Assembly: GCA_963707895.1 (NCBI GenBank) | Contig: CAVPRS010000002.1 | Location: forward strand, 432,202 to 496,201 | Origin: an uncultured Actinomycetota bacterium | Lineage (GTDB): Bacteria > Actinomycetota > Actinomycetes > Actinomycetales > Dermatophilaceae | Reading direction: 5' to 3' | DNA length: 64,000 nucleotides | Shown here: positions 1 to 10,616 of the stretch, in pieces | How positions within the stretch are numbered: position 1 is the first letter of the stretch | How the letters are laid out: every line of letters begins with the position of its first letter | Translations under genes and position numbers: made by a program | Notes under the pieces: generated by a model | Seen by the model: the letters and a program-made list of their open reading frames with translations, nothing else | What the model was told of the DNA's origin: nothing | Database searches by the model: none

Positions 1-1707
1 GGGCGCGTCGGCCGGGCGGTAGAGCGCCACGCTCGTGCCGGCACCGTCGCCGAGCCGGTCGAGGTGGGTGAGGTCGGCCACGCCCTGGTTGACCGTGAAG
101 GTCTCCTCGTAGACCGTCGGGAAGGCGCGCCCGAACCGGTCCATGAGGCGGTCGCCCTCCTCCTCGCCGTGCGCGGCGCGCAGCGCGTCGCCGAGCCGGT
201 CGCTCCAGGTGCGGCTGACCTCGACGAGGCGGTGCTCGAGGGTGTCCTGGTCGGCGCGGCTGAGGGTGCGCACCCGCTTGCCCCGGGGCACCCGCACGAC
301 GAACTGCAGTCGCGACAGGGCGGACTCGCTCACCCGGGCGGAGAACTCGACCGACTCGCCGCCGAAGGTCTCCTTGAGGATGTCGGCCATCCGCAGCCGC
401 ACGTTGGTGTTGTAGCGGTCGCGCGGGATGTAGACCAGGCAGGACACGAAGCGGCCGAAGTCGTCCTCGCGGATGAACAGCTTGGTGCGGCGCCGCTCCT
501 GCAGCTGGGTCACCGACATCGCGGTCTCGTAGAGCTGCTCGGTGCTCGCCTGGAACAGCTCGTCGCGCGGGTAGCTCTCGAGCACCTCGATGAGGTCCTT
601 GCCGGTGTGGCTGTCCGGTGCCACCCCGGAGCGGTCGAGCACCGCCTGCACCTTCTCGGCGACCAGCGGCACCCGCATCACCGACTCGGTGTAGGCGGTG
701 GAGGCGTAGAGGCCGAGGAACCGTCGCTCGCCGATGACCTCGCCGTCGTCGTACTGCTTGACCCCGACGTAGTCGAGGTGCGCGATGCGGTGCACGGTGG
801 AGCGGGTGTTGGCCTTGGTGAGCACGAGGATGTTCGGCTCGTGCGCCTTGGCGGAGGCCTGTGCGCTGAGCACGTCGGGGTCCTGGCCGATCGGCGGGTC
901 GGAGCGCAGCAGGCCCAGCCCCGACCCGGTCATCGGCTCGAGGACCTCGCCGTCGCCGGTGGGTCGCAGCTTGTAGTCGCGGTAGCCGAGGAAGGTGAAG
1001 TGGTCCTCCGCCATCCAGCGCAGGAAGCGGATCGCGAGCGCGGTCTCGTCGGCGTCGACGGCCTCGGGCGGCGCCCCCTCGAGCTCGGCGGCGAGCACGA
1101 GGCACTTGCTGCGCATCTTGGGCCAGTCCTCGACCGCCTGCCGCACGTCCTCGAGCACGTGGCGCACGGTCTGCACGAGCTCGCGGCGGCGCCCCTCGTC
1201 GCTCTCGCGGTCGATCGACAGCAGCATCCACGACTCGGCGAGCTCGCCGACGGCGACCTTCGCCTTCTTGCCGGTCACGTCACGGGGGACGACCTTCTCG
1301 AGGTCGCCTGCGGCGTCGCGGCTCACGACGAGCTGCGGGTGCACGATGAGGTGGATGTCGATGCCCGCGTTGACGAGGGCACCGGTCACCGAGTCGACGA
1401 GGAAGGGCATGTCGTCGGTGACGATCTGGACGATCGTGCGCGCGTTGGACCAGCCGTCGGTCTCGGTGGTGGGGTTGTAGACCCGCACGTTGGCGACCCC
1501 CGGCATCCGGTGGCGCGCGAGCTCGAGGTGGCTGGCGGCGGCACCGGAGTAGATGTCGGGGCCTCGCGAGGTGAGCTCGTCGAGCGGCACGTGCCGGAAG
1601 TAGCGGGCGACGAAGTCGGCTCCCCCACCGTCCGGCGCGGCCTCGTCGAACGCCGCTGCGATCGGCGCGAGGACGTCCTCGCGGGTGCGGGCCTGGAGGG
1701 TCGACAT
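1..1707 (-). CDS. gdh: NAD-specific glutamate dehydrogenase (large type), 5' part; runs off window start
   Basis: Not in the ORF track. Manual translation from ATG 1707 gives MSTLQARTRED...FVARYFRHVP...VQIVTDDMPFLVDSVT...; VTDDMPFLVDSV, DHFTFLGYR and ETYPRDELFQ-type motifs are typical of large NAD-GDH. Confidence 0.92.
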   Translation of the reverse strand, partial: MSTLQARTREDVLAPIAAAFDEAAPDGGGADFVARYFRHVPLDELTSRGPDIYSGAAASHLELARHRMPGVANVRVYNPTTETDGWSNARTIVQIVTDDMPFLVDSVTGALVNAGIDIHLIVHPQLVVSRDAAGDLEKVVPRDVTGKKAKVAVGELAESWMLLSIDRESDEGRRRELVQTVRHVLEDVRQAVEDWPKMRSKCLVLAAELEGAPPEAVDADETALAIRFLRWMAEDHFTFLGYRDYKLRPTGDGEVLEPMTGSGLGLLRSDPPIGQDPDVLSAQASAKAHEPNILVLTKANTRSTVHRIAHLDYVGVKQYDDGEVIGERRFLGLYASTAYTESVMRVPLVAEKVQAVLDRSGVAPDSHTGKDLIEVLESYPRDELFQASTEQLYETAMSVTQLQERRRTKLFIREDDFGRFVSCLVYIPRDRYNTNVRLRMADILKETFGGESVEFSARVSESALSRLQFVVRVPRGKRVRTLSRADQDTLEHRLVEVSRTWSDRLGDALRAAHGEEEGDRLMDRFGRAFPTVYEETFTVNQGVADLTHLDRLGDGAGTSVALYRPADAP

Positions 1708-1852
1708 GGTGCGCAAGCACTTCCTTCGTCGGTACTCACCGGGGACGGCGGGACACGCCCTCGTGTCCGGGCCCGAGCCTATCCACTCCGGCTGGGTGCT
1801 CCGGCCGGATGTCGACCCCGCCCTGTCTCACGGGCGGGACAGTTCCGGAGGA

Positions 1853-1872
1853 CCCGGCATCCGGATGCCGGG
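1853..1872. repeat. Perfect 20-bp palindrome CCCGGCATCCGGATGCCGGG
   Basis: Read directly; intergenic, upstream of gdh; made of two inverted GGCATCC heptamers. Confidence 0.8.
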
Positions 1873-1890
1873 GCGCGCGTCGCCCCGCGC

Positions 1891-3108
1891 CTAGCCCCCG
1901 CCGATCCGGCCGGCGATGATGCTCGTGACGATGACCGAGGTGATCGTCACCGTCGAGAACCCGGCGATGATCATCTTCGGCAGGATCTCGTGCTCGATGG
2001 CGGCGATCTCCTCCGGGCTCTCCCCCGCGCCCTTGGCGGCCTCCTGCGACAGGATCATCGTGCCCGGGAAGCCGTAGAGCGACGTGAGCCCGATCGCCAC
2101 CGACATCGGGATGCTGTAGCCGAGCAGCTTGCCGACCAGGGCCGAGAAGCCGGCGATGCCGAGCACGCCGAAGACGAAGACCAGAACGAGCGGGAAGGCG
2201 AGCGCCTTGAGGTCGGCGACCTGGACGGTGGCCAGCGGCCCGAAGACCAGGATCATGATCGCGAGCATCATCAGGCCGAGCGAGTCGATCCCCGCGAGCA
2301 CCGAGGGCTTGAAGACACCGAAGGTGCGCAGCAGGATGCCGAAGATCAGCGCCACGACGAAGGTGTTGAGGATGCCGTCGGTGAGGTTGTTCAGGCCGAG
2401 CGAGACGAGCACGACGATGCCGACGACGAAGAGCGTGCCGGGGGTGTTGCGGAGGAAGGAGGGGAGCAACGACTTCTCGGCCGCGCCCTCCTCGGCGACC
2501 TCGGCCGCCGCCAGGTTGCCGGCACGGTACTCGCCCTTGAGCCGGGCGGCCTCCCGGCGCAGGATGATCGAGGTCAGCGGGAAGCCGATCAGTCCCTGGA
2601 GGGCCGCGATGAGCACCGGGAAGACCGCGATCGCGGTGAGACCCACACCGAGTGCGGCCTCCTGGACGATGATCACCGAGATGGTGCCGCCGCTCAGCGC
2701 GCCGGTCCCGGCGACGACGAAGTCGCCGGCCTGCGCGTAGCCGTCGGCCGCGCTGCCGCTGATGTGGTGGCCGAACACCAGGGCCGCGAGCCAGAGTGCG
2801 AGCCCGATGCCGAGCACGGTGGAGGCCCCGATGAGGAAGGTGCGCCACTGCTTCTTGAAGTCGTCGAGGCTGATCATCGTGCCGAGGTGAACGATGATGA
2901 AGCCGACCACGACGCCGGCCAGCGCGAGGAGCGAGGAGCTCGCCAGCAGGTCGTCCGGGAAGATGCCGGTGAGGAAGCCGACGAGGAAGATCAGCGAGGC
3001 CACGAACAGCGACGACAGCAGCGACTTGGTCTTCCTCGCCACGTACTCGCTGACCGTCCAGACGGCCATGACGACGACGAAGGCCACCACCGGGTTCGTC
3101 GAGCTCAT
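1891..3108 (-). CDS. Polytopic membrane protein, putative secondary transporter of unknown specificity
   Basis: 405 aa, about 12 hydrophobic segments, good GC3 codon usage, RBS GGAGG; C-terminal YGFPGT...LPKMIIAGF. Confidence 0.7.
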   Translation of the reverse strand: MSSTNPVVAFVVVMAVWTVSEYVARKTKSLLSSLFVASLIFLVGFLTGIFPDDLLASSSLLALAGVVVGFIIVHLGTMISLDDFKKQWRTFLIGASTVLGIGLALWLAALVFGHHISGSAADGYAQAGDFVVAGTGALSGGTISVIIVQEAALGVGLTAIAVFPVLIAALQGLIGFPLTSIILRREAARLKGEYRAGNLAAAEVAEEGAAEKSLLPSFLRNTPGTLFVVGIVVLVSLGLNNLTDGILNTFVVALIFGILLRTFGVFKPSVLAGIDSLGLMMLAIMILVFGPLATVQVADLKALAFPLVLVFVFGVLGIAGFSALVGKLLGYSIPMSVAIGLTSLYGFPGTMILSQEAAKGAGESPEEIAAIEHEILPKMIIAGFSTVTITSVIVTSIIAGRIGGG

Positions 3109-3190
3109 GCTGACCTCCTGAGGTGTCGTTCCTGCGATCCAACCACGTTCGCGCTGCGTGGGGCAGGGCCCACCGGACCCGGGCGCGCCA

Positions 3191-4750
3191 CTAGAACCGC
3201 CACACGACGGGCACCCAGAACACCGCCACGGCGAGGAAGAACAGCAGCAGCGGCAGGCCGAGCTTCCAGTAGTCGTCGAACCGGTAGCCGCCGGGCTCGA
3301 GCACCATGGTGTTCGCGGGGGTGGCGACGGGCGTGAGGAACGAGGCCGCGCCCGCGACGCCCAGCGCCATCATGAACGGCAGCGGGGAGGCGCCGAGGTC
3401 GGCGGCGACGACGGCCGCGATCGGCACCATGATCAGCACGGTGGCGGTGTTGCTGATCAGCTGGCCGAGCAGCATGGTGAGCACGCAGACCGCGAGCAGG
3501 GCCAGCCGCGGCGAGGCCGACCCGACCAGGTCGAGCAGGCGGCTCGCGATGGCCTCGGCGGTGCCCGTCGACACGAAGGCCGTCGAGAGCGGGATCATCC
3601 CGCCGACGAGCACGACCGTGGTCCACGAGACCGACCGGTAGGCCTGGGCCGAGGTGAGCACCCCGCTGAGCACGACGGCGCTCGCCGCGAGGAGGCCGGC
3701 GATCGCCGCCGGCACCAGCCCCGTGGCCAGCAGCACGACCATCGCGACCAGGATGGCGATGGCCCGGCCCGCGCCACGGCCGAGCGGCACGCCTCGCCGC
3801 AGCCTGGTCGGGTCGTCGACGACGAGCACCTCGCCGCTGCCCGAGGTGTGTTCCTGCAGCTTGTCCCAGGTGCCGCCGAGCAGGAGGGTGTCGCCGGCCC
3901 GCAGGGTCTCGTCGGGGCCGTCGAGGGGGTCGCCGGCGCGGTGCACGGCGAGCACGACGAGGTCGCCGCTCGGGGTGGCCATTCCGGGGAAGAGGTGCTG
4001 GCCGATGAGGGGCGACCGGGGCGCCACGAGCACCTCGCTCACGCCCCGCCGGGTGCTGACCAGCTCACCCTCGGGCAGCTCGTACTGCGCCCGCAGCGCG
4101 TCGGTGAGGTCGCCGAGGTCCGGTGGCAGCGCGGCCGGTGTGCGCTCGGGCAGCAGCCTGCGGCCGAGCAGCACGATGAGGAGCACGGTCCCCACGAGCA
4201 GTGGGATGCCGGCGAGCGCGAACTCGAAGTAGCCGAAGTGGCGGCCTCCGGCATCCGCCGCGGCGTCGCTGACGATGATGTTCACCGGCGTCCCGGTGAG
4301 GGCGAGCATCGACCCGGCGTGCGCGCTGAAGGCGAGCGGCATCAGCAGCTGCGACGGCGACAGTGCCGCCCGCGCGGCGACCACGACCACCACCGGGATG
4401 AGCGCGGCGACGGCCCCGTTGACGCTGATCAGCGCGGTGAGCACCGCGACGAGCAGGCAGACGACGGTGAGCAGCCGCCCACGGTCGGTGCCACCCCGGG
4501 CGATGAGCTGCTGCCCGGCCCAGGCCGTGACCCCGGTGGAGTCCAGCGCCTCACCGACGACGAACAGCGTCGCGATGAAGATGACCGTCGGGTCGCCGAA
4601 GCCGGCGAGAGCCTGTCCGAGGTCGAGGATGCCGGTGAGCCACAACGAGACCGAGACGCCGATCGCGACGATGCCCAGCGGGATCCGGTTGGACATGAAC
4701 GCGACGACGGCCAGCGCGAGGATGACCAACGTCGTCGCCACCGGGCTCAT
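3191..4750 (-). CDS. SLC13-family permease with TrkA-C domain
   Basis: 519 aa; LTGTPVNIIV, ISNTATV and FLTPVATPANTMVLEPGGYRFDDYWKLG motifs. Confidence 0.88.
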   Translation of the reverse strand: MSPVATTLVILALAVVAFMSNRIPLGIVAIGVSVSLWLTGILDLGQALAGFGDPTVIFIATLFVVGEALDSTGVTAWAGQQLIARGGTDRGRLLTVVCLLVAVLTALISVNGAVAALIPVVVVVAARAALSPSQLLMPLAFSAHAGSMLALTGTPVNIIVSDAAADAGGRHFGYFEFALAGIPLLVGTVLLIVLLGRRLLPERTPAALPPDLGDLTDALRAQYELPEGELVSTRRGVSEVLVAPRSPLIGQHLFPGMATPSGDLVVLAVHRAGDPLDGPDETLRAGDTLLLGGTWDKLQEHTSGSGEVLVVDDPTRLRRGVPLGRGAGRAIAILVAMVVLLATGLVPAAIAGLLAASAVVLSGVLTSAQAYRSVSWTTVVLVGGMIPLSTAFVSTGTAEAIASRLLDLVGSASPRLALLAVCVLTMLLGQLISNTATVLIMVPIAAVVAADLGASPLPFMMALGVAGAASFLTPVATPANTMVLEPGGYRFDDYWKLGLPLLLFFLAVAVFWVPVVWRF

Positions 4751-4851
4751 GCGCGCGACTCTAGACCCGCTGGGCGCAGGGCGTCCGGCGCCCTCGTGAC
4801 CGGCATCCGTCTCGGGGCTAGGGTCGGGTCAGTCGACCCTTGGAGCCACAG

Positions 4852-6376
4852 ATGTCCCGCAACCCCAGTTCGCTGATCCCCGCCGACTACAGCCCCGTGC
4901 CGTCCGAGAGCACGTCCGTCGAGGTGTCGGCGGTCGCCGCGCTCGACACGTCCGGGGTCGATGCCGTCGCCGTGCTCGTTCACGCCGACGGGGACCTGCC
5001 CAGCGACCTCGGCACCGACCTCGACCGCGCGGCGCTCACCGCAGCCGGTTTCGACGCCTCCCCCGGGTCGTCCCTCGTCGTGCCGCGCGGTGGTGAGCCG
5101 CTGCTCGTGCTCGTCGGTGCCGGACCAGCCGGCGGTCTCGACAGGTCGGCCCTGCGCGATGCCGCGGCCGCCGCCGCCCGGGCGACGTCGCGCGCGGGCG
5201 GGCGGCTCGGCATCCGGGTGCCGTCGACCGACCTCCCCGCGGCGGACGCCGGGCAGGTCGCCACCGAGGGCGCGCTCCTCGCGCGCTACCGCTTCACCGC
5301 CCTGCGTGCGGAGCACCCCGAGAAGCCGCTGACCCAGCTCGTGCTGGCCCTCGACGGAGCCGACCCCGACGCGGTCGCGCGCGGGGTCGCCACCGGCGTG
5401 GTGACCAGCCGGGCGGCAGCCATCGCGCGCGACCTGGCCAACGGCCCACCCGCCCACCTCACGGCATCCGCCATGGCGGACGTCGCGGCCGAGCTGGGTG
5501 CGCGGTACGGCTTCGAGGTCGAGTCGTTCGACAAGGCCCAGCTCATCGAGCTCGGCTGCGGCGGCATCCTCGGCGTGAACGCCGGCAGCACCGAGGAGCC
5601 GCGCATGGTCAAGCTGCGCTACTCGCCCGACGGCAGAGCCGACCGGGCACCTCGGGCTGGTCGGCAAGGGGATCATGTACGACTCCGGCGGCATCAGCAT
5701 CAAGCCCTCGGACCCCATGCACCTGCTCATGAAGATGGACATGGGCGGTGCCGCGGCCGTGCTCGGGGCGTTCACCGCGCTGCGCGACCTCGGGACGACG
5801 AACGCGGTCACCGGCTGGCTGATGTGCACCGACAACATGCCGTCGGGCTCGGCCTACAAGCTCGGCGACGTGCTCACCGCTCGGGGCGGGCGCACGGTCG
5901 AGATCAAGAACACCGACGCCGAGGGGCGCCTGGCGATGATGGACGCGCTCGTGCTGGCGGTCGAGGAGGGCGTCGACGCGATCATCGACATCGCCACGCT
6001 GACCGGGGCGGTGCTCGTGGCACTGGGGCAGTCGACCGCCGGGCTGTTCGGCAACCACCGCGAGCTGCTCGGGCGCGTCAAGGAAGCGGCCCAGACCACC
6101 GACGAGCCGGTCTGGCAGCTGCCGCTGGAGAAGAAGTACCGCAAGCAGCTCGACTCCGAGGTCGCCGACATCTCCAACCTCGGAGGGCCCTTTGCCGGGT
6201 CGACCACGGCCGCGCTGTTCCTCAACGAGTTCGTCGGCGACACTCCGTGGGCGCACGTCGACATCGCCGGCACCATGCAGGTCGACGCCGACGAGGCCTG
6301 GCGCTCCAAGGGCGCGACCGGGTTCGGGGCACGGCTGCTCGCCGAGGTGGCACGCGACTTCCGCGCCGACGTCTGA
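4852..6376 (+). CDS. pepA: Leucyl aminopeptidase (M17), frameshift near 5635
   Basis: LVGKGIMYDSGG, MKMDMGGAA and NTDAEGRL motifs, split over ORFs 4840.. and 5675..6376. Confidence 0.9.
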
Positions 6377-6389
6377 CGCCCGACGCCTG

Positions 6390-7812
6390 CTACTCGGCGA
6401 TGACGTCGAGGGTGTGCACCGTGGGGTCCGCCGCGTAGGCGATCCGGCTTCCGGCCGCGCGGGCGGCCCGCAGTGCCTCGACGGCGTCGAGGGTGACCTC
6501 CTCGCCGGGCGCGAGCACCGGGATGCCGGGCGGGTACGGCGCGACCAGCTCGGCACTGACCCGACCGACCGCCTGGTCGATGGCGACACTCTCGCGAGCG
6601 GCGAAGAACGCCTCCCGTGGGCTGGTGACGGTGACCGGGTCGACGGCCCACACGCCCGAGGTGACGACCTGACGCGGACGCCCACGGTGCCGGTCGACCG
6701 ACTCGGCCAGGGCGACGGCGAGGTCGACCAGCCCCTCGGCGGTGTCGGCGAGCGTCACCATCGCGACGACCGTGTCGCGGTCGGCCATCTCGACCGGCAT
6801 CCCACGGGCGAGCAGGTCGGACTCGACGGCGTTGCCGTCGGCCCCCGTGCCGGGGAGCACGAGGGTCAGCCGCATCGGGTCGACTCCGGGGCCGTCGAGC
6901 ACGACGAGACCGGCCACGCGGGCGAGGCGCTCGCGAACCCGTGCCACCGCCTCGATCACCGGGCCGAGCAGGGCCTGCGCCGTCGCGCTCGAGGAGGGCC
7001 CGGGCGGCGTCGGTGCTCGCCAGGATGGCGCCCGACGGGCTGGTCGTGGCGGTCGCCTCGACGGCGGCGTCGAACCGGGCCCGGCCGATCCGGCGGCTCT
7101 GGGCGAGCACGAGGGCGCCCTGCGACCAGGCCGGCAGGGCCTTGTGGGCGCTGGTGACGAGGGCGTCGGCGCCGGCCGCGAGGGCGTGCGGCGGCAGGGC
7201 CGGGTGGAACCCGAGGTGGGCGCCCCACGCGGCATCCACGACGAGGGGGATGCCGTGCCCGTGGGCGACCGTGGCCAGCGCGCCCACCTCACCCACCGTG
7301 CCGACGTAGGACGGGTCGCCGACGAACACGGCGCGGGCGTCGGGTGCACCGGCGAGTGCGGCCTCGAGGGCTGCAGCCGTGACACCCGTGGGCAGTCCGT
7401 GGGTCGGGTCGACCTCGGGACGCACCCAGACCGGGTCGAGCCCGGCGAGCACGAGGCCGAGGAGCATCGAGCGGTGCAGGGTGCGGGCCACGACGACCCG
7501 GTCGCCGGGCCGGCCCACGGCGAGCGCGAGGGCCTGGTTGCCGTGCGTCGACCCACCGACCGAGAAGCGGCACAGGTCGGCGCCCCAGAGCCGGGCGGCT
7601 CGCGCCTCGGCCTCGGCGACCACTCCACGGGAGAGCTTCATCGTGTCGAGCCCGGCATAGAGGGGCACGTCCCCGGCTACGACGTCGCCGACGAGGTCGT
7701 GGCGCTGCTTGTGGCCGGGGATGGTGAACGGCGTCGGGGCGTCCTCCTGGAAGCGCAACCAGGCATCGAGCAGCGGCGCGTCGCCGCGCAGCCGCCGGGG
7801 GTCAGTGGGCAT
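6390..7812 (-). CDS. Orn/Lys/Arg decarboxylase (PLP-dependent), frameshift near 6980
   Basis: FTIPGHK, VDAAWGAH, TSAHKAL (PLP lysine) and C-terminal PYPPGIPVLAPGE motifs. Confidence 0.88.
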
Positions 7813-9012
7813 GCTCGACCGGCTTCTCGGCGGCCCACCGCTCGACCGCCCTGGTGAGGGCGACGGCGTACCGGCGCACCTGGCCGAGGTCGACCCACTC
7901 GTCGGCCGCGTGCAGCCCGCCACCCGCCGGCCCGCAGACGAGGGTGGGGATGCCGGCGGCCTGCCAGAGCGGCGCCTCCATCCAGTAGGGCGCGTGGAAC
8001 CGTTGCGGCACAGCGTTGTCGGGGGCGGTGTCGGCGAGGGAGGCCTCGAGGGCGTCAGCCAGGGTGGCGGCCGGCCCGTCATGGTCGAGACGCCACGCCT
8101 CACGACCGACGACCAGCCGAGCCGTGGCGTCGACGTCGGGGTCGTCGGCCCGCAGGGCGTCGAGCAGCTCGTCGACCTCCACCAGCGCTGCGTCGGAGCT
8201 CTCGCCCGGCACCGTGCGGCGCTCGACCAGGGCGCGCGCCGCGCGCGCCAGCACGAAGGGCGAGTCGCCACCGGAGGCGACCGTGACCATGAGGGAGGCG
8301 CCGTGGTCGGCGAGGGTCGCGCCGCGCGCCTCGACGGCGGCGAGGAGCCGGCCGAGGTGGGCGACTGCGTTGACGCCCTCGTCGGGTTGCGAGGAGTGGG
8401 CTGCCCGACCGGTGAAGGTGACCTCGACGAGGGCGTAGCCACGCAGGCTCTCGGCCACGGCCAGCCAGGTCGGCTCACCGACGACGGCGACGTCGGGCCG
8501 GATGCCGAGCGCGGGCAGCGCGGCGAGCACGGCCTCGGCGCCCAGGCTCGCGTCCTCCTCGTCGGCGACGAGGGCGAGCACGACCCGGCCCCGCAGCGGG
8601 CGCCGCATCAGCTCCTCGGCCGCCACGACCATGGCCGCGACGCCGGCCTTCATGTCGCTCGAGCCCCGCCCCGAGAGCCGGTCGCCGTCGACCGTGGCGG
8701 CGAACGGCTCGTCCATGCCCTCGACGCCCACGGTGTCGAGGTGACCGGTGAGCAGCACCGTGGGTCCCGCGCCCGCGTCCGGGCCGGCCGCGACCAGGCT
8801 CGGGCGGTCGGGCCGGCCCTGCGGGATGACGACGTGGGTCTCGAAGCCGTTGCGCTCCAGTCGGTCCCGCAGGTGCTCGACCACGGCGGTCTCTCCCGCG
8901 GCCCCGGGGGCAAGGCCCGGGTTCACCGAGTCGATGCCGACCAGCTCGGCCGTCAGCGCGACGGCGGCGTCTCGTCGCCCAGCGCGGCATCGGAGCGGTC
9001 GTCGGTGGCCAC
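7802..9012 (-). CDS. M20-family peptidase/deacylase (ArgE/DapE-like); probable frameshift near the 5' end (~8970)
   Basis: GHLDTV, GRGSSDMKAG, DEE, GEPT, AAHSS and HAADEWV motifs; IDSVNP N-terminus. Confidence 0.85.
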
Positions 9013-9038
9013 GCCGAGACCCTACGCCGAGCCATCTC

Positions 9039-9088
9039 GAGTTGGGTGCTCAGGTGGCTGCCGGGGCAACCACCTGAGCACCCAACTC
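9039..9088. repeat. 19-bp perfect inverted repeat (REP-like hairpin)
   Basis: GAGTTGGGTGCTCAGGTGG (9039-9057) / CCACCTGAGCACCCAACTC (9070-9088), between divergent genes. Confidence 0.8.
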
Positions 9089-9150
9089 CGAGAACTGCCT
9101 CCTGTGGGTAACTCGGCGGCCGGGTCGGGCGATCTGCCTACAGTGGTCGG

Positions 9151-9470
9151 GTGCCCCTCGGACCAGACCCGGAGCGCGCCCGCGCGGCCCTCGAGCAGCT
9201 CGACGCCCTGCGTGCCACGGTGTCCTCTGCGGAGGACGACGTGCTCGCCTGCCTCGTCGTCACCGGTGAGCCGCGGCCCCAGCGGGTGCTCGACGACTGG
9301 CTCGACCAGGTGGCCGAAACCCTGCGCGCCCTCGGCGAGGCAGGCGGCCGCCCTCTCCCCCGCGATCGCCAGGTTTGCCGCGGCGCCCGAGGCGCCGGGT
9401 ACGCCTTCGGCACGGCCCGTCGGTCGGGCTGGACCGTCAGGTGCCGCTCGAGGCGGAGGACGCCCGGTGA
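9151..9470 (+). CDS. Small helical hypothetical protein, probably frameshifted near 9340
   Basis: The N-terminal ~63 codons read as plausible coding sequence; TGA at 9468-9470 overlaps the next GTG. Confidence 0.4.
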
Positions 9471-9988
9471 GCGTGGTACCGGGCGACCCGGCGTCCCTGT
9501 CGGCCTGCGGGGCCGTGGCGCGCTCGGTCGCCGAGCAGCTGGGGGGTCGCGCGACGGGAGTGCGCACGGCATCCGGGCTGCTGGGCGAGGGGTGGACCGG
9601 CCGCACCTCGGCGGCCACCCGCCGTCGCGCAGCCGCCCTGGCCGATGCCACCGACGCCTGCGGCGCGCAGCTCGACACCCTGGGCCGGGTGCTGCAGGAC
9701 CACGCCACCGACCTCGCCGACCTCGTGGCACGGGCCCGGTCGGTCGAGGAGCGCGCCCGGGCGGCCGGCCTCGACGTGCGCGACGGAAGGGTCGAGGTCG
9801 GCTGGGGGGTCACCGGCACCGCCGACGCGCGGTCGGACCTCGCCAGGGACGAGGTCCGAGAGGAGCTGCAGGCCGAGCTCGACCTCGTGCTCGCCCAGCA
9901 CCGGCGCCGGCGGGACTGGGTCCTCGGGGTCCTGCGCGACTCGACGAGTGCGCTGTCGCATCTTTCGCACCGGCTGCGCAGCGGGTGA
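9467..9988 (+). CDS. WXG100-like helical protein
   Basis: VSVVPGDPASLS...GEGWTGRTS...; PGDP start, central W-T-G motif, Ala-rich helices. Confidence 0.6.
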   Translation: MSVVPGDPASLSACGAVARSVAEQLGGRATGVRTASGLLGEGWTGRTSAATRRRAAALADATDACGAQLDTLGRVLQDHATDLADLVARARSVEERARAAGLDVRDGRVEVGWGVTGTADARSDLARDEVREELQAELDLVLAQHRRRRDWVLGVLRDSTSALSHLSHRLRSG

Positions 9989-10024
9989 GAGGATCGCCGG
10001 ACCGACGACCGAGAGGACCCCACG

Positions 10025-10519
10025 GTGCGACTGACGACGCGTGAGGAGCTGGACGGCACCGTGGACCAGGTGCACGCCCTGCTCACCGACCCGGCCTTCC
10101 AGGAGGCCAAGTGCGCCGCCACGACGAACAACGGGATCTACACCGTCGACGTCGGCGGAGGCGCCGACGGGCAGCGGGTGCGCACGGAGCGGCAGCTGCC
10201 GTCCGACGGTCTTCCCGACATGGCACGCTCGTTCGTCGGTGACCACCTGACGATCATCGAGGTGCTCGACTGGGTCGGGCCGGCTGCCGACGGTTCGCGG
10301 TCCTCGGCGGTCGACATCCACATCAAGGGCGCCCCGCTCACGGTCAAGGGCACGATCCGGCTCGAGCCGAACGGAGCGCGCACCGTCGAGGTCATCGACG
10401 CCGAGCTCAAGGCCAACGTGCCGCTCATCGGGGGCAAGCTCGAGCGGGCCGCGGCCGACCCGATCAACGCGGCCATCGAGATCGAGATCGAGCTGCTCCG
10501 GGAGTGGCTCGCCCGCTGA
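10025..10519 (+). CDS. DUF2505-family (SRPBCC/START-like) protein
   Basis: 164 aa; LTDPAF and VPLIGGKLE motifs. Confidence 0.8.
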   Translation: MRLTTREELDGTVDQVHALLTDPAFQEAKCAATTNNGIYTVDVGGGADGQRVRTERQLPSDGLPDMARSFVGDHLTIIEVLDWVGPAADGSRSSAVDIHIKGAPLTVKGTIRLEPNGARTVEVIDAELKANVPLIGGKLERAAADPINAAIEIEIELLREWLAR

Positions 10520-10543
10520 CCCGCGCTTCCCCTCTTCGCGACT

Positions 10544-10604
10544 TATTGCGAAATACCCACCCCAGAGGCCGGTCCGGCCGCTCAGAGGTGGGTATTTCGC
10601 AATA
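10544..10604. terminator. 18-bp inverted repeat between convergent genes; probable bidirectional terminator or REP-like element
   Basis: TATTGCGAAATACCCACC (10544-10561) / GGTGGGTATTTCGCAATA (10587-10604). Confidence 0.65.
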
Positions 10605-10616
10605 GTCGGGGGACGG

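Noticed and set aside
64-3336. 1090-aa plus-strand ORF and similar long ORFs (3158..4876, 10626..12905, 22025..24934, 31579..35157)
   Set aside because: Antisense shadows of real genes in high-GC DNA; no recognisable motifs.
5854-8478. 874-aa ORF suggesting an M20-decarboxylase fusion
   Set aside because: Only the central part is the real decarboxylase frame; the M20 gene has its own stop at 7802 and the decarboxylase its own ATG at 7812.
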